DNA from: Heptranchias perlo
Taxonomy: Eukaryota
DNA: 64,000 nt
Direction: 5' to 3'
Assembly: GCF_035084215.1 (NCBI RefSeq)
Contig: NC_090329.1
Span: 44,516,001 to 44,580,000 of the forward strand
Both the position numbers and the translations under genes were made by a program. Position 1 is the first letter of the stretch; each line of letters opens with the position of its first letter. Positions 32,846 through 46,800 of this stretch are shown one piece after another. The notes beneath the pieces were generated by a model. That model made no database searches, was not told the DNA's origin, and was given only the letters and a program-made list of their open reading frames with translations.

Positions 32846-35598
32846 ACAGTGCTTAGTAACTTACCCCAAGTAGCTATCTCACAGATAGTGTCAAGTATGA
32901 AGCAGCCATAGAATGAATAGAATTGCCTCTAACTCTCAGATTTCTAAAGCCAGGGTGTCTAATAGTTCATCAGCTGTTTTTCTGGGACTGGGCATACTTC
33001 ATGTGAGAATTCTGTTTTCTATTTTCTTTCTATACAATTCAGTGTATATTCAATTTCTAGTATGTTATTTCTGTTGCTCTATACTAATAAAATGTTTTCT
33101 GTCATGTTTTTCCTCGGATAGCTAACATTGCTTTTCAGAAGTCCTCAGGAGCGTTTTAATAGTTGCAGGGGATCCTCCGTACAGGAAACTTCAAAACCAC
33201 TACTCTAACTTGACTTTGGGGCTTCTGACCAGAAGGAAACAACAGCAAGCTGCATTCTACAATTTAATGCTCTGCTTAATGACAAGCTTATCCAAGTCTT
33301 GGCCCAATACGGATAAAAAACTATTGTGTAGACCAGTGAAAATCTTTTGCTCTACTTATGTGTAATACTAAAGATCCATACACATTCATAAAATGCATAC
33401 ATTTGCAGATAAAATTTCCACTCAGATAATTTTAGGCAAAAGAAATGACACTGTCTGATGACTGCCCACTGCAAGTCACCAAAGCATGAAGTTCATTAAC
33501 TCAATGTGCAGAAATTGGAGGTAGGAGAAATCATACCAACTTCCCTTTCATCCAAAAGCTATTGAAAGCTATTACTCAGGTATCTTATCACATGTATTAG
33601 AATTTCAGCAATCTTTTACTCTGAAAAGGAGAAAATATAGGAATTGTAAAGATGATAAATCATGTCGTCATGGGGTTGGTGTTGAGGCTCATCCTTTCCC
33701 TCATCATGCTCCCTTAAAAGCATATATTTCCTCATCCATAAAGGCTGGGATCCCTTCAGCTGACTTATATGACGACAAAGTTCTCTGTTTTGTTTACTTT
33801 GTTTCAATATTTTCATTAATATAGCAAAAAATAGAACCCCAACATAGTGCAATATTAATGGAAAACCAACTGTTCTTTATAATCACATTGTTGCACTACA
33901 AGAGATTATCCCAGTGGTTCGGAAAATCTTTTGGTTCGGACTGATATTCCGATAAATAATTGATGGGAATTTAATTGGGTGTTTTTTTCATCTTAATACT
34001 TTGACCTAAATAGCAATGAAATAAACTGCATAACAGAATTTTGAGGGTCTCAATTCTGCTAAACTTTTGCTCCTAATCAGGTAGCTTGTCGAACGAACGG
34101 AAGATTAGTGGAGCTTCAAGTACAAAAGATCCAGGTCTAGTGATAAATAGAACTATGCGTCATGGATGATTGAACAGTCAAGAGGTAGAATGTAAAAAGT
34201 CAATTCATTCACAGTATGGGATCAACAGCAAACAATTTTGCATTTTTTCTGAACAGTAACAGAGACAAAAGTTATATGCAACTGGGGTGGGGGGTGGAGT
34301 TACTAACTACATAACTGTTTCTTTCATAAAAGAAAAGCTTAACTAAAGAAAGAAAAAAGCAAAGATGATCTAAACTCTCGACCTAATGCAATTAGGCAAC
34401 AGTGGTTCACAGTAATCGTAGGAGAAAAAAGGCTGTTTACTATTGAATACAGTACTTACAAAACTATGGATAGGTCATATGAAGGTAACACACTGCATTT
34501 AAATAAAACTTTGAATGAAGGAGCATGTTCTTTGGATTTCCTCGATATTTTCTCTTCACAGATCCTTCAGGGGCCAAGTTTCTGCCAATGAAAGGTGGAT
34601 GAGTGACCTGATTTGAGATCACTACCAATCCTGTTCTTTGGCCGGCTGCCAAAAGATTTGCAGCAGCTTGCTAGTGAGGACATCCTGTACTGATTTCTTT
34701 CCCTCCTACAGGAAACAGCTGGGCTCCATTCAGCAACTCCCTGCCCAAGCAGCTCACATTGGTAACCAAGTGGGGCAGAACCTCAAATTCTGCACTGCTG
34801 CCCAATGCTGGAAGATCAGCAGTCAGTTGTTATAACCAGGCTGCTAATGGCATCAGAAAACCTCAATCATACTCTCTCCTCTGCCAACTCCAGTAACTGT
34901 CTGCCCGTAGTCACTCTTTCGTTCAGGTCTTCCAAATACAATCCCATCATCTTAGCTTTGGCCTTCCAACTGGGACCTGTTCCATCAATTTTTTTTGATA
35001 TCTTCAAGCAGATATCTTATCTACCAAACCTACTTGCTGTAACACATTCTCTTCCTGCATTCACGCCATTGCTTCTCCTTACTCCAGTGTTGATCACTGT
35101 ATTCTCCCAGTTGAAAGTCAACACCTTCCTCGCATTCCAAAACGCATACAGCATCTGCTACTGTGCCATCATCATAATCCAGCTCTCAGCAAAACATAGA
35201 ATTGTTAACTGAACTGTCATCCTTTTCTCGATGCTTGATTTCTCAGCAGGAATACATAATTGGGAAATAATGATTTTCTTTCCATTAAAATTAATGAGTA
35301 GTAAATTGTGGAGAGCATGCCCACGATTTCACAACATGCACATCCAGCAATTTCATATGCCTCTTTTGGCTCTGGAAGGAAAAGGCTTGATGGGTCGAAT
35401 GACGTTTCCTCAATTAATATTTTATAGCGGCTCCACCAATTTGGTTTAAAAAGGTAATTTTTGTTTGTAAATTGAAAACTTGCAAGCTAATAAAAAAAGT
35501 ACATCACAAAAGCACAGGAGCATGGAAACTGACTCAATAGGCAAATTATATTTGTTAAGCCCTCAAATAGCAGGCAAGTAACATTTTTGTGTACATAC

Positions 35599-35735
35599 TT
35601 TTCACTATGTGGCAGTTTCAAAGAACGTACATTGTGAAGAATCGGTTTCCAACTTAAGTCATGGTATTGATGGTACATGAAATATTCATATTGATCGAAG
35701 AAATCCTCAGCACTTTGAGTTAAATTATTGTAAAA
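35599..35735 (-). pseudogene. Candidate exon, 137 nt, phase 0-2, open
   Basis: gttatttccatcag|FYNNLTQSAEDFFDQYEYFMYHQYHDLSWKPILHNVRSLKLPHSE|gtatgt. Confidence 0.65.
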
Positions 35736-35772
35736 CTGATGGAAATAACAGTAAGATAGCAGTCTAGTTCTT

Positions 35773-36120
35773 CAGCTGTTGGCTCAAATGTTAGCACACT
35801 TACTCCAGGCTGACAATCAGTACGTTATTGAGGAAGTGCTGATTATTGGAGGTGCCATCCTTTGGATGAGACATTAAACCAAGGCACTGTCCTGTCCACC
35901 TTTTCAGGTAGATACGCAGTCCTGGCTAACATTCTTCCTCAGCCAGTACCAACAGAAAAAAAGATTAACTGGTTATTCATTTAATTTGCTGTTTGCAGAG
36001 TGCTGTATGCAATTGGCTGTTGTGTCTGCCTTTGTAACAATAGTGACCAGTTGTTCATTAGTTATGGAGTGCTTTGAAATATCTGAGGATGTGATAAGGT
36101 ACGATATAAATGCAGGTTCT
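35773..36120 (+). mobile_element. Degenerate Deu-domain SINE
   Basis: ggaggtgccatcctttggatgagacattaaacc core and atataaatgcagg tail. Confidence 0.75.
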
Positions 36121-38157
36121 TTAATTCTATATGTAAAAGTAAATAAATTATCTTTTATTATAATGTAAGAAAGATGCGTATTCTACAACATAGAAATGCA
36201 GAGCTAATCCAGAAGTTTGGAAAGTTGCAATGATTATCACTAGAAGTATTTTAACATTTTGGCCACTTGAGAGCAATTATTCTAGATTGAAATTAGCCAG
36301 TATAAATTATAATTATATTGCCAAGCTTGAGGCGAAAAAAACAAATGGAGAGATGACTAACTATAAGGAAGATGCTACATCTTAATAATAGCCTGCAAAT
36401 TTGGGGCATACAGTACAAAACAGCTGGTCAAAAACTAATGTAGTTTTTTTTAATATATATATATATAGAGCAACATTACACAAGAGGAAAAAGGTTTCTC
36501 TGGGGAGGACTAAATGTAGGACAATTTAACACGTTTCACTTATACACTTTAGAGAAAGTAGTTGTTGGTCTTGGTTTGAAGCATGCAAATAGAAAACATT
36601 TACTTCTGCATTTTAAGAGAAAAAGAAACAAAAGGTGGTTTTCTGATGATCTCTATTTCTGAGTTACAGTAAGATGGGTGCAGCATGTTTTAACCTGCCA
36701 GATACCAAGTGGACATTGATTATCAGAGTACTTAAGAAACAAGACAATAATCTGGCCACAGCAGGAGGCCATAAGATACTGAGAGCAAGTATGAAGTGAC
36801 TCCCATTTCACCTCAGAAACTGAAGAGCCTCTGTAGCACCGACAGCTGCAATATCGATTGGATTAAGCCTTAAGGAAGTGTTTGACTGGCTGAGAACAGT
36901 TGTAAATCGCATGGCAGATGCACAGTTTCACTCAGACTATGAACCCTTCATTGTTCTGCATCACAGCCATTGCTAACGAGGAGGCTCGCAGCAACACCTT
37001 GAAGAACTCAATCTTACTGTACAATCTGGTTACAAATAACAGTGTATTATTGCAGTCATGTGATCTAAAATACATTCTGGTTTATAGCATAAAAATTATT
37101 AGATCATATGTCCTGCAACATTAACTTTTCAAATAGTATTAGAATACCTACTATATCAAATATAATAATCTGCAGCGCAATGATAACCATCATACTACAG
37201 AAAGACACTTCTAAATGAATTTAAAGCACAAATTTAATCCTGGAGTTCAGATGATGCTCACACTTGACTCTCACAATTTAGGGCATCATCTGAATTCTAA
37301 GTAGACTACTGTCCTGTAATTTACTTACACTACCTGTTATCATCTATTTAATGGCAGTAACGAACTTAAAGGTGCATTTCTTTTCATTCTAATCTCACCG
37401 CACAATGGAGATAACAATTCTATCCACTAGGTTGAGAAATGATGCAAAGTGGCTACACTAACAATGATTTGGAGATATCCTGGATTCTAAACAATTGTTT
37501 CAATTTTGTTTGATAAAATGTTCAAATGGACTTTCATAACCTGATGGCTTGTTATAGATGAATTCTATGTTAGACCATTACTCTGTTTCATGTCCCCTAC
37601 AAGTCCACACGTCATGAATTAAAAAATTGATTGCATGTCCATCGATACCAAACAGTGTACATTAACCAACAATAAACATTTTCTTCAACCCGCTCCTTGT
37701 TTTAAAAAACTGTTTAAAACACATGCAAAGGGCAGCACACTGAGCAAACACACTTGAGCACAAATATGCAGAACCACAGAGGGATAGAAATAACATTTAT
37801 TCTGTTGAGTTATTGATATCAGCTGCCCTGCTTTGACAGACGGTAGCAAAGCTGTCCTGATCACTCATTTACCTACCAGCAGCTGGCCAGAGCAACAGTG
37901 GTGAAGGCGTAGGTGAAAAGTAACCTGCTTGTCCTTAGTTGGTGCACTGCAGTGGGGTGGGTGGGAGGAAGATAACAGGGGCTAAGGAAAAAGAGAGAAT
38001 TTGATGCCCTCAAAAGGAAAAACCTCAAGCAAATATACAATGATTCTTACAAGTATTTCATAAAAATTAATGCCTATAAAAATTACTGCCTTATAAATAA
38101 AACCCAATTTTATCTACAACAGATTCTCAGTAAAATAGTCATTCACGTTCAATTTAC

Positions 38158-38438
38158 CCTCAAAAATCTTTCTCCGACAGGCTGCGGTACCAAACTTGAC
38201 TACCAGAGGTCAGTATAGATTTAAGTGCCAATTCTTGGTAACCAATTTTGATTTCTTAGTGCTGGTCTTTTCTAACAAGAATTGACAATTTACATTGTTA
38301 GAACTGTACCAATATTGCCTTTATAAGCAAGCCAGTCATAAAATTTTAACGGCATGTAAAGAACTCCGGTTGTGTAACAACATCTTCAAGCGCTTCCGCA
38401 TCTTTACATACAGGGAATCATTAATACATAAATGAGTT
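38158..38438 (-). pseudogene. Candidate pseudo-exon with frameshifts
   Basis: catttgttcag|...GAGG|gtaaat; fragments LYMPLKFYDWLAYKGNIGTVL and EIKIGYQELALKSILTSGSQVWYRSLSEKDF lie in different frames. Confidence 0.5.
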
Positions 38439-38584
38439 CTGAACAAATGTGCAAGTACAAAAAGGGCTTTTGAACTGATGCCTAGAATTGTTCCACTGGT
38501 AAAGTGGCTTCACTTTGAATCACACATTTACAATGTTGTCATAAATCAATATAGAAAAATATAACAAAGTATTGTGTGCAGCTC

Positions 38585-38880
38585 TCGTGGTGGCTTAGAG
38601 AGTTAGTTCAGTGATTAGCTGAGACATACAGATCAGATCAGCTGTTCTGAGCAAGGCGTGGTAAAATCACTGTTCTACCACTTACACAGCACTGGACAGG
38701 TCTCAGGGTTCCAGAGTTGTGAAAGAAAAAAGAAAACAGCCTGGATTCCTGTTCCCAATTATTATCCTGAGATCCTTGTTTGAAATGTGTATGCATGGAC
38801 CTCAGGTGAGGACAGTCAGGTTTACAGTTGATGCACTCTGCACAGTCAAGAGCCACATCTGAATAATGGCCACTTGTCAA
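38585..38880 (+). mobile_element. LF-SINE-like element
   Basis: cagcctggattcctgttcc...ggtgaggacag...gaataatggccacttg. Confidence 0.6.
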
Positions 38881-39439
38881 TACTGAAGAGCAACTTTTCA
38901 CATAACTCAATAAGGGATCATGCTTTTAACAAAGGATACAAGTAGGGAAAAGTGATAAGAAATAAAATTGTGTTTATTTAAGAAAACATCTAAATATATC
39001 AACCCTTTCAGAACTACCAAAGCACTCATGCAACAAAAAAAGTGTGCAGATTTATTGTTAATCCTTGAACATAATCTGTTGCATGAGGTTTGCATGAATT
39101 ATCTTCTTGAGCATGTGTAGTGTAAAATGTTAGCCTGAAAACCATTGCGTGCCCTAATGATGCAACCAGATCAAACTTGAATGTTGTGGCTTTTATTGCC
39201 TGAAAAAAGTCTTTGTAACCAGTTTCAGCCAATAACATTTTAATCGGTGTGGGTCCCAGCTCTACAATGAACACCAGGACGCTGGGTGTGTAGAAAGAAT
39301 GAACGATCTTGAATTTAGTAAGAAAAGAATATGAAATAAATGCCTATATATGGAAATCAGAAAAGAAATGATGAAGGAAGAGAGAACTGGGGAAGGAAAA
39401 AGGTTTTTAAAATTATTTTTAAAAGGTGTACAGCATCAT

Positions 39440-39935
39440 CAAAATCAAAGCACAAAATAAGGTCAATTGGTCCTTGAGCATTTACCAGTGCTTATTCTTC
39501 AATTAGGTCGATCCATTCCATCTTATTTCCTTGTTTTTTTCCCTGTATCCTTTCATATTCCTCCTTTTTAAACACTTAGCCAATTCCATTTTAAGTGATG
39601 TTACAGTCTCCTTCTCTATGGCCATTTGTGGTAAAACACTCCTAATAAGAAAACATTTCTTCGAACATTCCCCTATGTTTTTCCAGTGAAAATGCTCAGT
39701 CTATGCCCTCTCATTATGATCTGCCAAAACAGTGGGAACAATCTTTCACTATTTAACAATCTCTTATAGTCTTGAAACCCCCTATTAGATCTCCTTTAGC
39801 CTTCTCTATTTCAGCAAAAAAAAATTCAAGCCTTTCCTCATAACAATAACCTCTCATTCCTGGTATCATTCTAGTGGATTTGTGCTATATCCTTTACATA
39901 GCTCAATAATCCTTCCTATAATAGGGTGCTTAGAA
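39440..39935 (-). mobile_element. Old CR1 3' fragment
   Basis: ctattagatctcctttagccttctc...cctggtatcattctagtg aligns by eye with the younger CR1 copies. Confidence 0.7.
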
Positions 39936-40245
39936 CCTCAATTTATGTTTGAACATTCTAAAGTAGTAATAAAGCTTCTGAACATTTCAGTGGCATTATT
40001 ACTGTATTAATAAGAGCAATCAGAATTTCAAATAATTCTCAGATGATTGTTTACAAGGGAAGGCAAAGCTGAATTCAAAAACTAAACTATGGTGACACTT
40101 TGCTAAAACTTACATTGCATTCAGACATACAGCAGTAAGGATGCTAACATTACTAAGAACAAGTGACACTGTTCAATTTCAGAACTTCCTGCGACTACAA
40201 AACATGTACATTTCTCACATCATCAGCAGCACTGCTGCCTGCAGC

Positions 40246-41028
40246 TACATTGTAGCACTAGTATAACTAACAGGGAAAGTGTGGTATTTATACAGAATAA
40301 ATTCCACACACTAACCACTCGAGTACACAGATCTTTTGTAAATTCTCATCCTAAATAAAGTCTTTTAGTGTTTTGTCTCAGAAATTACAATTTGTCAGAC
40401 ACTATAAAGTAACAGGATTTTTTTTAAAAATCATGAACGAAACAAGCCCTTCAAACTTGTATGTAATTGTGAATCATTTCTGAAAAACGATGGCTGCGCA
40501 TCACAGATTGTGGAACATGCAAATCTTCCCCATTTGGAGGAAGGGAAGCTTTGGAACAAAAGAGATGATTTTCTTGGTGGGTTAGACTCAAGTATTTACT
40601 CAGCCGCCCGCTTCCAGACAATGGTTGCAGATAACGGCTGAGGTTCACAAATGGGTAAGCAGGTGGTAAGGGCATCATTGTTAGAGTGCAGTACACATCC
40701 TTGAGTACAGGATAGATTGGAGTTGAGATAGTAATTATGTACATAGCATGCCAGATAGACATCTGTCATTTCAGGCATTGGAGTATTCTATAAGTCACGA
40801 GGTAGATGCATGTAACAGACATTCACTATGGTTCACTACGTTTTAAAACGTAACTCCTGTTAGTTTATAGTAACCGACAAATTGTAATTTCTGAGAGAAA
40901 ACACTAGCAGGCCATTTATTTAGGATGAGAATTTACAAAAGATCTGTGTACTCGAGTGGTTAGTGTGTGTAATTTATTCTGTATAAACACCACACTTTCC
41001 CCATTAGTTATACTAGTGCTACAATGTA
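40246..41028. repeat. Inverted repeat with ~172-bp arms (40246-40417 and 40855-41028) around a 437-bp spacer
   Basis: tacattgtagcactagtataactaa...cactaaccactcgagtacacagatcttttgtaaattctcatcctaaataaa... is matched in reverse complement. The outer ~110 bp show only about 4 mismatches by eye. Confidence 0.95.
40600..40787 (-). pseudogene. Candidate exon, 188 nt, inside the inverted repeat
   Basis: ctcgtgacttatag|AATACT...GGCTGA|gtaaat. One frame is open (NTPMPEMTDVYLACYVHNYYLN...). The phase-2 frame that fits the upstream exon has one TGA (ILQCLK*QMSIWHAMY...). Confidence 0.5.
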
Positions 41029-41103
41029 ACTCAAAGGAAACAAACATGTTCCAACATAGTGCTTAATACTGAATAGCCCATACAAAAAAAAAGTTTCACC
41101 TAC

Positions 41104-41173
41104 CTGCCAATAGCTTTGGAGAAAGCAGCTTTTTTGTTACACAGCTATGTGCTGCTGCTTAATACATCAGAAT
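41104..41173 (-). pseudogene. Candidate pseudo-exon, 70 nt, phase 1-2
   Basis: atttatatttctag|ATTCT...GGCAG|gtaggt; SDVLSSST*LCNKKAAFSKAIG. Confidence 0.55.
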
Positions 41174-41597
41174 CTAGAAATATAAATACAGGTATTTTAA
41201 TTAGAATTATAAATAAGGTGTTAATAGTGATTAAATAGAACAATACTTTTATGTAGGTTAACAACCATCTTGAACCCTGCAGAATGAAAAAAGTCAGTTA
41301 ATAATCTCCCCAAAACAAGATATAGCTATTACATCAGTAGAAAAACTATACATTTTAGCTTTTTGTGTTGTTTTGTTACTAAAAATAGCTTGTGTGAAAA
41401 CTAAACATTGGACTGTGACATAAAATATAAGTCTTTGGAGTCTGGGGATTTCTTTTGGCACTGCCACACACAAAATTGATTTTTCAAATTCTTTTAACAC
41501 ATTTTTGCACCACACAATCCTCAGGTTATAACAGGCTTCATCTAGTGTGCATATTGTGGCAGAAATGACACATTTTTGTCAATGACGTATTATTTAC

Positions 41598-42133
41598 CAG
41601 ATTCTTCCTTGCTATAATTGGTTACTGCTAGCCATTATTGCAGGCTGACAATATACACATCTCAGACTGACACATACACCTCAAGGGCACAAACATTGTT
41701 CAGGAAGGCCTTGATATTATGAGTAGGTTGATTGCTGATCAATGGGTCAAGCCATTCCATTCAAATAGAAGCATGCTGTGGGGCTGTTTATAGTACATGT
41801 TTGCTTGGCAGATATACTTGGGTGAACAAACACAATTTTGAATCCTGTGAATAGCTGACCATCTACTGGTGTCGAGAAATACAGTTTTTGATTAACATAA
41901 ACTTGAGAGTTATACCTTAGGTGAATTGCCACCAGACAGCAGTCAGTTTGAAGCTAGTGGCAAGAGGGTTAGTCAGAAGCTTCTGTGATGGTATGTTAAT
42001 ACATTCCAGTTAACAGGGGCACAAGAGTTCTCTGTTTGAGTCCTGGGTCTCACTACATTCACCTAGATGTTGGGCAGGTTTACAGGAGGTTTGCTTACAG
42101 GAGAGGCCAGTGATGCTGAACCCAAGGAACTAT
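41598..42133 (-). pseudogene. Candidate large pseudo-exon with stops and frameshifts
   Basis: ttttaatgctag|SSLGSASLASPVSKPPVNLPNI*...STPVDGQLFTGFKIVFV...HNIKAFLNNVCALEVYVSV*...SKEES|gtaaat. Confidence 0.45.
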
Positions 42134-43759
42134 CTAGCATTAAAATCCAAAAACGTGACAATGAAAGTTTTTGGAATTTGGAAATTTGCTTTGGCACTAC
42201 AAACATCAGTGTGCACGTAAGGTTGTGTTTCCAAGTGGCCTTTTCACATGTTTCCGTACCACACTATCCTTATGCCAAAGCCGACTTCATCTACTATGTA
42301 AGTGAATACTTCTCCATGAGTTGAACAGTGATTAATACTGTGGATATAAGGAGGCCCAAATAAATAATCCAGGCTCAGTATTATGAATGTGCATGGGAAG
42401 ATTAAATGGAGCTGTCCTGATTATTATTTCAAGCTATAAATGGGTAAATTCAATTGCAAGAGTCACTTTTCTCTGCATGGGTAAACAATTTTTGATCAGA
42501 ATTTCAAAATAGAAGTTGGGTGAAATCACACAGTAGATTTAGCAGTTGCATCTTTCAAGACTGGAGAGGAAAAATAAATTTAGTTACAAGTTTGTTGTCA
42601 GGTTATAATGGCAGAACAATTAAATTTCAACATGGAGTTTTTCCACTTGCTTAATTGCGATTATTGACTGTTTTGGAAAGATTGTTAGCTGCCTTTTGTC
42701 ACCTGATAAAGACAAAGGTCTTCAGCTGTTGTGTATTATACACAAGGCCAAGGGTTCTTTCCTATTCCACACCTGTTGTTCTTTCTCACCATAAGGTTCA
42801 AAATGACTTTGTTAACGCAGAGAAAATCCTTTCTCTAATCACTATTAAAATTTTGTCATTATGCCCCAATATAAAACTAGTCTCAGAGATAAAGTGCATA
42901 AAATGAGCTTAAATATACAACATTTTAGATGCTGAATTTCAGCTATCTGGTCTGACCCAACCTCCAGACACCCTGCAGCAGTTAACCAACCCTACTTAAT
43001 TCTTTAAATATTGAATTTCTTTGCTGTCTTCCCGCTACACAATTTTCGTTGGTCAGAGGTTAAAGACCTGCTGTTTTGCGTTTCAACCATCTAAACACAT
43101 TCCTTAAAATCTGACAGACAGTGGATGTGTAGTAATGTATTATCTCATACTCTAATTCTGCACCAACATTAAAAGCACAGAGCTGTTAAATGATCTGAGG
43201 AGATTGAGACTGTTGTAACCCACCATCAAGTACATAGTAACTTTTTTACTGCCACTAAACATGTCTAAGATCTGAATAAAAATGAATTAATAAGCGCTGG
43301 TGAAATCTAACGCCAACTCACCTATACTGCTCATCTTTTCACTTTTATACGTAACCATCGCTCACGACGGCAAGCTGATTTATGCAGAAAGTTAAGACTA
43401 AAGCTGCTATTATATTGTACTCCATCCCATTGGCTCCCAACAGCAGGTCTTGAGCAGTAAATCTGTCAGACTCGCAGGCACTTTTTTTTTTAAAAAGTGT
43501 GTCTGCCTAGCCATAGCAAATTTGGCAACTTTACTTTGGTGGTGTTATCTGCATGAAGCCTACGTTAGAAAGCCAGTAGCATTAGCGCTGAATGAGAGCA
43601 ATATAGAACCAGTTTACATGTGTATATTCAGTTGTTTGATGTGCTTGCACAAATCAACAAGGAGCTGAAGACAAGATGCTAATGATGAGAGGGATATAGG
43701 GGTGGGGCGACATCAAATCAGTTATCCTAAGGGTAGAATTATACACCATAGTTAATTAC

Positions 43760-43794
43760 CTGGTGTACATAAAACATGTCCAAAGTCACAATGT
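43760..43794 (-). pseudogene. Candidate micro-exon, 35 nt, phase 2-1
   Basis: ctctatccctttaag|HCDFGHVLCTP|gtaatt. Confidence 0.45.
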
Positions 43795-43819
43795 CTTAAA
43801 GGGATAGAGACACTGTCAA

Positions 43820-46800
43820 TTTCTGTTCTTTCCCCATAGCCCTGTAAATTTTTTCCCTTCAAGTATCTATCCAATTCCCTTTTGAAAGTTACTACCGAAT
43901 CCGCTTCGTCCACCCTTTCAGACAATGCATTCCAGATCACAACTCACTGCGTCAACTTTTTTTCCCTCATGTCGCCTCTGGATCTTTTGCCAATCACCTT
44001 AAATCTGTGTCCTCTGGTTACTGACCCAGCTGCCACTAGAAACAGTTTCTCCTTATTTACTCTGTCAAAACCATTTGTGATTTGATCATCTCTATCAAAT
44101 CTCCCCTTAATCTTTTCTGTTCTAAGGAGAACAAATCCAACTTCTCCATTCTCTCCACAAAACAGACGTCCCTCAGCCCTGGTACCATTCCAGTAAATCT
44201 CTTCTGCACCCTCTCTAAGGCCTTCACATCCTTCCTAAAGTGTGGTGCCCAGAATTGAACACAATACTTCAGCTGAGGCAGAACCAGTGTTTTATAAAGA
44301 TTCATCATAACTTTCTTGCTTTTGTACTCTAGGCCTCTATTTATAAAGTCAAGGATCCCATAGGCTTTTTTTTCAGTCTTCTTAACTTGTCCTGCCACCT
44401 TTAAAGATTTGTGTACATACACCCCTTTAAAATTGTACCATTTAGTTTATCTTGCCTCTCCTCATTCTTCCTATCAAAATGTATCACTTCACACTTCTCT
44501 GCGTTAAATTTCATCTGCCACATGTCTGCCCATTTCACCAGACTATGTCCTCCTGAAGTCTGGTACTATCCTCCTCATTGTTTACCACATTTCCGAGTTT
44601 TGTGTCATCTGCAAACTTTGTCATCTGCAAACTATACCCAAGTCCAGGTCATTAATATAGATTAAAAAAAAGAGCAGTAGTCCTAATACCGATCCCTAGG
44701 GAACACCACTGTATACTTCCCTCCAGTCTGAAAAACAACCGTTCACCACTACTCTCTGTTTCCTGTTCCTTAGCCAATTTTGTATCCACGCAGCCACTGT
44801 CCCTTTAATCCCATGAGCTTTAATTTTGCTAATAAGTCTATTACGTGGTACTTTATCAAACGCCTTTTGAAAGTCCATATTCGCAACATCAACCACACTA
44901 CCCTCATCAACCCTTTCCGTTACTTCATCGAAGAACGCAATCAACTTAGTCAAACACGATTTGCCTTTAACAAATCCATGCAGACTTTCATTTATTAGCC
45001 CATGCTCTTCCATGTGCCAACTAATCTTGTCCCGGATTATTGTCTCAAAAGTTTCCCTACCACCGACGTTAGGCTGACTCGCCTGTAATTGCTGGGTTTA
45101 TCCCTTGCCCCTTTTTTGAACAGGGGTGTAATATTTGCAATCCTCCAGTCCTCTGGCCTCACCCTCATAACTAAGGAGAATGGGAAGATTGTGGCCAGAG
45201 CCTCCACAATTTCCACCCTTACTTCCCTCAGTAACCTCGGATGCATCCCATTCGGACCAGGTAACTCTTCTATTTTGAGTACTGCCAACCTTTTAAGTAC
45301 CTTCTCTTTAACTATTTTTATCCCATCCACTATCGCTACTACCACCTCCTTTACTGCTACATTAGCAGCATCCTCTTCTCCAGGGAAGACAGATACAAAA
45401 TCCTCATTTAGGACCTCAGTCATACCCTCTGCCTCCACAAGATGATCATATTTTAAGTTCCTAATCAGCCCCATCTTTCCTTTGACTACCCATTTACTAT
45501 TTATATGTTTATGAGAGACTTCTAGCTTCCCTTTTATGTTAGCCGCTAATCTATTCTCATACTCTTTCTTTGCCTCTCATTTCCTTTTTTAGATCGCCTC
45601 TACTCTATTACGAATCTTACATTTGTCATAAGCGTCCTTTTTCTGTTTAATTTTAATCTATATCTTTAGTCATCAGGGAGCTCCAGCTTTGAATATCCTT
45701 CCTTTCTCCCTCGTGGGAATGTGTCTACTCTGTACCTGAACCATTTCCCCCTTGACGGCCTCCCATTGTTCAATAACTGTTTTGCCCACCAATTTTTGAT
45801 TCTAATCCACTTGGGCCAGAACCCTTTTTAACTCACTGAAATTAACTGAAGGAGGGCTAAGATTGTTCCTTGTCCTTTTTCATAACTACTCTAAACCTAA
45901 TGATATTATGATCACTGTTACCCAAATGCTCCCCCACTGAAACATGCTCCACTTCATTCCCCAGAACTAGATCCAATACTGCTTCCTTTCTCATTGGTCT
46001 AGAAACACATTGATCAAAAAAGCTCTCTTGTACACATTTCAGGAATTCCTCCCCCCTCTTTACCCTTTACACTGTTACTCTCCCAGTCTACATTGGGATA
46101 ATTGAAGTCCCCCATTATCACTACTCCATAGTTCTTGCATCTTCCTTTGATTTGCCTGCAAATTTGCTCCTCAATCTCCTTCCCACTATTTGGTGGCCTA
46201 TAGTATACACCCGGTAGTATAATAACTCCTCTATTGTTCCTTAATTCTAACCAAATAGATTCTATCTTTGACCCCTCAACTAGGTCATCCTTTCCAGTGC
46301 TATTATAGTTTCTTTGATCAACACTGCCACCCCACCTCCTTTCTTTCCTCCCCTATCTTTCCTGAATACCTCCTATTCCTGAACTATTCTTTACTCTAGA
46401 GCTATTTGTCTCTTCCAGTCCTCTGCACCTTGTTTCTCCTCTCTACTGGGGCAGAAATTGCTCAGAGCGTCGAACCAACTCCATAGTGGCAAGCACTAAC
46501 CCACTAACTTCCACGGTCTTTACTTCACGCACGTCCTCAAAAAGGAAGCATAGAAGAGCCCAATGTCAGTTCAAGAGAAGCTAGGACCTGTGGGAGAAGC
46601 GGGAGGATCACACTCTCCCCTCGACCAGATTGCAGCATTTTTGACAGGCTGCATTAACTGTGTCTGCAGGCTTGGAACGTGAAAGCCAGGAAGTGAAAGG
46701 TACTACGTTAAAATCATTGTAAAAACAATTATAGACAGCGAAAAGAGAGGGTAAGAAATAACTGAATTAAATAAGAGAGACAGAGACAACGTTTTTTTAA

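Noticed and set aside
32445-34565. Further pseudo-exon candidates (about 32445-32643, 32865-33170, 33537-33620, 34460-34565; also 8830-9207, 36812-37065, 39030-39307, 48247-48380, 52560-52785)
   Set aside because: They look protein-like, but boundaries or frames could not be fixed by eye. They are covered only by the overall pseudogene call.
37243-37296. 17-bp imperfect hairpin gagttcagatgatgctc / gggcatcatctgaattc as a miRNA or snoRNA
   Set aside because: It is short, I recognise no family, and there is no supporting context.
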